Origin: Azolla caroliniana
Lineage: Eukaryota > Plantae > Polypodiophyta
Assembly (NCBI GenBank): GCA_043228905.1
Contig: JBHGNT010000005.1
Coordinates: forward strand, 16,988,001-17,052,000
DNA: 64,000 nt
Direction: 5' to 3'
Under the pieces are notes generated by a model. That model made no database searches. It was not told the DNA's origin and worked only from the letters and a program-made list of their open reading frames with translations. Numbering within the stretch: the first letter of the stretch is position 1; each line of letters starts with the position of its first letter. The position numbers were made by a program, and so were the translations under genes. Shown here piece by piece: positions 58,334 to 64,000 of this stretch.

Positions 58334-59078
58334 TGTCGTAGTGTAATTCATACACTATGTGAAAATAATATAAAATAACCGATTGAATAAATATGAAGAA
58401 AAAAGAAGAAAATATCAAAATAAGCATTACATGCATAGGGCAAGATTCGAACCTTACACCTCCATATTAATAATGTAATGTCTTACCATTGCACTAGCAT
58501 TTCATTAGTGTTAAAAAGTAGATGTTCCACATAGAAAGGTTAGTTCACCTAGGATAAACTTTAGTTAAAAGAAAACGCATGCTAAAAGAAAAAGCTACGC
58601 ATGCACATCTAGCGTGTATGAACGCTATAGTTTACAAAAAACGCACAAGTTAGAAAAAGCATGATCACTTTAGATAAAGCATATAGTCTATCTATAGAAA
58701 AAGCATGGAGTCTATAGTTAGAGAAAATGCATGGGTTGGAAAAGACTCTCTCATCTCTATATAAGGATGAGGAGCACAATGTAATGGGGGGGAAAAATAT
58801 TTGGAAACTGGATATGTTTCTAAAAAACACCAATTAATAAACTATACTTGTGGGATTCACAAGGATTCTATATCATTCTCTTTCAACCCAAATTTATATT
58901 CTTATATTCATATTGATTAATCTAATACAATACACTCGTGGGATTCACGAGTTTGCTATAACTCTTTCTTACAACATATTTATATTCTTATTAGCCTTAA
59001 AACTCTCCTCTTCCTAGTCCAGAACCCTAGTGGTTCCCACCCGACTCATGCAACGATCTTGCGCCGAAAGGCACGACA
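58334..59078 (+). repeat. Solo LTR related to the G2 LTR, inserted in copia C gag
   Basis: TGTCGT...ACGACA ends; 4-bp TSD GCTG/GCGG; removing it restores KIFAASTS; shares ccagaaccc..gtggttcc and the tRNA-like segment with G2 LTRs. Confidence 0.85.
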
Positions 59079-60230
59079 GCGGCGAAAATCTTCTTCAAAT
59101 TTCCCCAAGCCTCCTTTAGCGTCTTGGTGTCCTGTACGTAGCTTAGTAGTTGATCACCCACACTATATGCAACTTGCAAGGTAGTAGAGAACTCTGCTTG
59201 CCGAGTGTTCCCAAGACGGAAAATCCATGTGTGTCGAATCCGGTGTTGTATCATTTGCTTCTTCGACATAACTTCAATATCCATGCCCCAACAGGTATTG
59301 GTACATCTTGTATGACCAAGATGTGTAGTTGTTTCTGTCGAGCTTCTCCGTTGAAAGCGAGCTTCCCATACCTCTGTCCATTTCTCTTCTTATCTATTCT
59401 TACCAGGTGTTAGGTCTTGGTTTGTGCTGAAAGCTCTTGTCGGCAGTAGAGGATGTTCTAACCCTCGCGCTCTAATACCATGTAAAAGATCAATAATGTG
59501 GACGCTAAACAGAACCTAATCGGTTCGGCCGGACTGCAACAGAAAACAAAGAGAATGGAATACACAGAGTAGGTGAGAGAGAGAGAGAGAGACAGAAAGA
59601 GAACAGACAACAAAACTTCAATTCAAAATAATGAACACTCTGTACATACAATGTGCTCAGTGAGCGGTTTTATACAAGTCCTTCAAAGGACTGACAGAAG
59701 TACTGACAAGTACTTCAATGCTTGTACCGAGTGACTATCACTGACTCTTAAAAATATGCCTACGTACTAGGCTAGGATCGTAGGCCTCTAGCGGCCTACC
59801 GGTTACACTCACATCCGAGCACTGATCCAACTCTCCATTCTGGACACCAACCCAGCTCCAGCTTACTCAGCCGATCCATATCATGTTGAGCTTGGTCGCT
59901 CAACAAATATACACAATACACAACATTTACATGGAAAAGGGAAAAACCATGCAGCAACAGATCTTCACTATAAACAGAAGTACAAGAGGGAAAAACAAAT
60001 TACAAGTCTCTGAAATCAGGTCGGTTCGACTATTCCACCTATTGTCATTGACTTGGATCAACTATCCAATATAGTCGACCTACTGATTGATCTGGTTGAT
60101 CTAACTAGTCGACTCTTCATTCCATCCATCTCGTCAATTACAAGATTTCAACTGCCGATTCTCCCAATCGTCTGCCGACTTCTCCCATTAGGAGGGATAC
60201 AATCCGAACAAAATGAATAAGAGCTCTTCT

Positions 60231-62258
60231 TCACTTGTAGCTACAACAGAAGTGTCCTTCTTCTTTGATCCATTGTGCCGCTTGTTTTCTGATTGCTTCC
60301 TGGGCTTCCCATTCGGCGGCCTTCCCCTTCGACCGCGTGGTAACCTGCTGTACTTCGGTTGTCACCATGTTGACTGCCGGCTGCTTGTCGGTTGTTTTGC
60401 TTGGGCATTGATTACTGTAATGCCCCTCTTTTCGGCAGTAATAACAGTACACCCTGTGCGTGTTGCTGGATTCTCCTTTTTCCCCTGTTTGGGGAAGGGG
60501 CATTCCCCGGCGGTTGTCCTCGGTTTTTCGGTTCTCCGGTGCCGCTACTGGTTTGTCATTCCTTGCTGCCTCCCGACGCTCCTCTCTACGGAAGAATCCA
60601 CGCCTTTGGTTCCGTCGGAAATTCCGGTTCCCTGGCCGCCTTTCTTCTCTGCGTCGCTCGTATTCCGGGGATTCGTCTCGGTCGTACCGGTCCCGGGGGT
60701 AGCTATCCCTGCGGTTCTCCTCTCGGTCATAGCTGTCGCGTCTTCTATCGGGGTATCTGTCGCCGCGTTCTCGTCGGTAGCGGTCGTCCCTCCGGAATCG
60801 ATCCTCTTCCAGGTCCCGATTGCGCGGTTCTATGTGTCGGACCGGTGCCGCTTGTCGAGTTAACAGGTTATACTCGCATCGGTTCGTTGTGTGGGCGCGA
60901 GAATTGCATATCATGCACTGTGCACGCAGGGTGCAGTCGACGGTCGAGTGCCCCGAATTTAGGCATGTTGTGCATTGTAGGGCTTATCGGAACCGGAGGT
61001 CCTCCTCCTTCGGAAGCGCCTGGTGTAACGCCCCCATCGGCAAGAAGGGGCTCGTCTTGTCCATTTCCAGGACCCGATCAATGACTTGGTCCATTGTGCT
61101 GGTGCTGAAATCGAGGATTCCACACATCGCTCGAAGTGGCTCTTTCAACGCAGCCAAAAAGACTGCTTTGGCCTCCTCTTCGGGTGGTGCTCTTGCTAAT
61201 TGACTGTGCAAGGTCTGGAAACGAATGATAAATTGTGGGACCGTCTCGTTTTCTCCCTGCCGGGTGGTGTAGAATTGTCCGACCAATTCCCTTTGTTCCA
61301 CTCGTCTATGAAACAGGCGTAAAAACTGGGTTTTCAATGCCTCGAACGTGGCGAAGCTGCCTGGTAAGTGCTTTGCGTGCCACCGGGCCGCCGGTCCTTC
61401 TAATGTCATGCCGAATTCGGCGACTTTGGATCTGTCGGCCTCGGGCTCCGTCAGTCTCTGGGACACGTGGTTGGCTTCCCATGTTTGCAGGAATGCATAC
61501 ACATGTGCCTCTGCGTCGGGCTCATCCCGATACTTTGGGTACGGATACGGCATCGTGTCGTCCCACTGATTCTCCTGCGCTGGTTCCTCCGAAGTCGGTA
61601 TCCGCTCCTGCGGTTCCCCCGCAGGTGGTGTTGGTATCCGCTCTTGCGGTTCCTCCGCGGGTGGTGTTGATAACCGCTCCTGCGGTTCCTCCGCGGGTGG
61701 TGTTGGTATCCGCTCCTGCTGTTCCTCCGCGGGTGGTGTTGATAACCGCTCCTCCCTCCTCGGCGATTGCCGGTCACCGAACTCCAGAGTTATTTCCTCC
61801 TCTGGCTCCGATGTTGCTGAGTAATCCGACTCAAAGGGGTTGTTCTCGTGGCTGCTTTTATAACGGGATCCCACGCTTTCCCCGCTATCCGAATCCGCCT
61901 CTAATGTTGCAAATGCCGCTGCGTCCCCGTCGCCGCCAGCGAGAGTCTGTAGTAGTGTCTCCGCTTCTTGGAGGCTGGTTATGCTACTGCCTTCGTCGGA
62001 AGCTTGTAGAACCTGGAACTGCAGTGCTTCTTCTGCAATTTGCCGAAGCGTTTTTGAGAATGACCGATCGCGCCGGATCTCGTCGACGGTTAGCTGCAGG
62101 GCTTCCCGTCGTCGCTGTCGTTCGGCGTGGCATCTCCCTCTTTCGGTGAGGTGGTCGTTGTTTTGTCTAGACATCCATCCCCCGGTTGTCCTCTGCACTC
62201 TGCAGGAATCGTGGTCACCAAAATAGTGTTGTATGTATGGCTGAACTAGCCGCAACAC
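60231..62258 (-). pseudogene. gag: Truncated Ty3/gypsy gag with 36-bp (PPAEEPQERIPT) repeats and zinc knuckles
   Basis: Retrotrans-gag-like FGMTLEGPAARW...RQGENETV..F; CYYCRKEGHYSNQC; no pol follows. Confidence 0.8.
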
Positions 62259-62302
62259 AGGTGTCTATCCGACACTTCTCCAAAGGGGTGGTAGAGATAG
62301 GA

Positions 62303-62731
62303 TGTTAATACACGCGTATGATAATTACACTTAAGCACAGACGAAGATAAGATCAATAAGCATAAGCAAGACTATATTAATTCTTCGTAACTTCATTACA
62401 AAACATTGGATCCTTTTATAGGCATCCGGCCAGATTACAATCGGTGCTCTTAGGCAACCGTTAACCGAAACCGAATCGGTTCGGATCCGGATCGGTTACA
62501 ACTACCAGATCCGTCCCTCCTAATAATTCTATTTATCTATTTATCCGCTTCGACTCCGATTCATCTTTGCTTTCCCATTTGCCTTCTTCTGACCGGCCAA
62601 CAATATTCCTCTCGGAATATCTTTCCTGACGACCTCCCGGTGTACGCACTCGGCCTAACCGATCGGTCCCAACCGATCCGATCCTCCGCTTCTTCAGCCG
62701 ATCCAGCCGATGTTGAGCTTGTCTCTCAACA
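62303..62731 (-). repeat. Probable 5' LTR of the truncated gypsy
   Basis: TG...CA ends, minus-strand TATAAAA at about 62420, directly upstream of gag; no TSD match. Confidence 0.6.
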
Positions 62732-62830
62732 CCTATAAATAGAGGACACGGCTTCTGAGCAAAGGACACGGTGTACAAGAACAAATAGTCACGGCTCACG
62801 GAAAAAGAAATGGAGAGGCAACTATAGGGG

Positions 62831-63699
62831 ATGCATAACTCCATTTCCAAATTCGAATTGCGGTTAGAGGAAGCCCAATTGGCGACCACCACAGAGGAGC
62901 CCTCGACATCCAAAATACAAGCACTACACGAGGAAGTTGAAGCATCTCAGGCGATAAAGGTGAAGGTAGGGAAAGCGGCAGCAAATGCCGAATCAGAAAT
63001 CGAACAGATTCAATCTGAGCTTCGGCAATCATCGGATCATGAGAAGAGTGTTTAGGCCATGGCCCAAAAAAATGGGAAAGCACTCCTAGACAGGCTAGAC
63101 GCATTCATTATCATGCACAACTGGACTCTAGCCACCCTCGATGAACAAAAGGAGGCCTCCACACAGGCCGAACAATCATTCGAGAAACTGATGGAGGCGA
63201 AATCGAAGCAGAAGGAGTGGTATGAAGAACAACTGATAGATGAACGAAAATTGGCGGAGGAAATACAACTCCGAATGTAGTAGGAAATGGTGTGTATGGA
63301 GGAGATGTACGAAAAGGAAAAGCCAATCTTGAGACGAACATGGGTCTCATTCAAGACTATTACGCCTTACAATCAGGGTGTGTTGCAAGTACCATTAAGC
63401 AACTCGAGGCGACCATAGAGCAAATGTGGACAAAGACAGAAATGCCGGTGGAGAGGATCCAAACACTGCTAGAAAATCTGAAGGAAGTCGTCATTCAGAT
63501 GATCTCCGACCGGTTACAACGAGGCTGGGAGGACTGGTCCACACAAGTAGTCGAACTCCACATTTTTCAGACAGGCCAGGAGAACCGAAGGAAAGAAGTC
63601 CATGGATTTTACAAGCTCGACAAGGATAGCGTCAGCATAATTCAAGCAAATCTCGTAGGGAACTACAAGGTGCCCACCGAGCGACACTCCCGAAAATAG
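62831..63699 (+). pseudogene. Second diverged copy of the unknown coiled-coil ORF
   Basis: Same-frame ORF pieces broken by TAG stops; TATAAATA at about 62734; homology to 643-2074. Confidence 0.45.
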
Positions 63700-64000
63700 T
63701 GCAACGTTTGGAAGATTTCAGTGAAGACCAAATTAGGTTCGCACTAGAAATGGAAGCATACAAGACCGAACACGTGCAGGAGGAAAAAGAGCAAGAGACT
63801 ACGGAGGAGTCGGAAACCATCTAGCTCCCCGACAGCAAATCGGTCCACTCCCCAGACGAACCTCACCCCACAGAGCCCGTACCCACCCTTGACACGGACA
63901 ACATTGAGGAACAACCGGCCGAGGAGATTCCGAAGAGCACAAAGTAACAGGCGGAGCTCACCACCCCTCCCTAGCCACAACCCCAAGAAACCCTACAGGA

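Larger units (their letters stand above)
52180..59905 (-). mobile_element. Ty1/copia element C, 3'-truncated; host of copia B, the solo LTR and apparently copia A
   Basis: 5' LTR 59481-59905; PBS about 59480-59463; gag-PR-INT remnants. Integrase RKIKCL-RSDGRKEYFSNQF reads across copia B (57101 to 52239) and stops at the copia A LTR (52179). Confidence 0.85.

Noticed and set aside
60213-62149. Long plus-strand ORFs of 216-304 aa
   Set aside because: Antisense shadows of the GC-rich gag on the minus strand.

Overview
Eukaryotic repeat-dense DNA with spliceosomal introns and heavy C>T/G>A decay, probably from a non-seed land plant such as a fern or lycophyte (inference). I see no ordinary host gene. 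The window is a deep nest of transposons: a Tcn1-like chromovirus, three related Ty1/copia copies, two tRNA-Trp-primed Ty3/gypsy elements, a non-autonomous LTR element, solo LTRs and a truncated gypsy gag. The main discovery is a pair of nested cut-and-paste DNA transposons. The outer one (10923-30043; 37-bp TIRs, CTCT TSD) pairs a Sola1/DUF7869-like DDD transposase with a divergent, intron-containing gene that fuses a ParB/Srx-like domain to a prokaryote-type beta-class amino-DNA methyltransferase (DIPY...NPYQKP...VLDLFSGT-S-TT). The last intron of that gene, inside SAM-binding motif I, holds an 11.4-kb Sola2-type element (12070-23481; GGG...CCC ends, ATAT TSD). That element carries an intact 5-exon RING-H2 gene, an FCP1/HAD-like ORF and large intronic arrays of the palindrome TAGCTAATTAGCTA. 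Family assignments come from motif recognition by eye, not from database searches.
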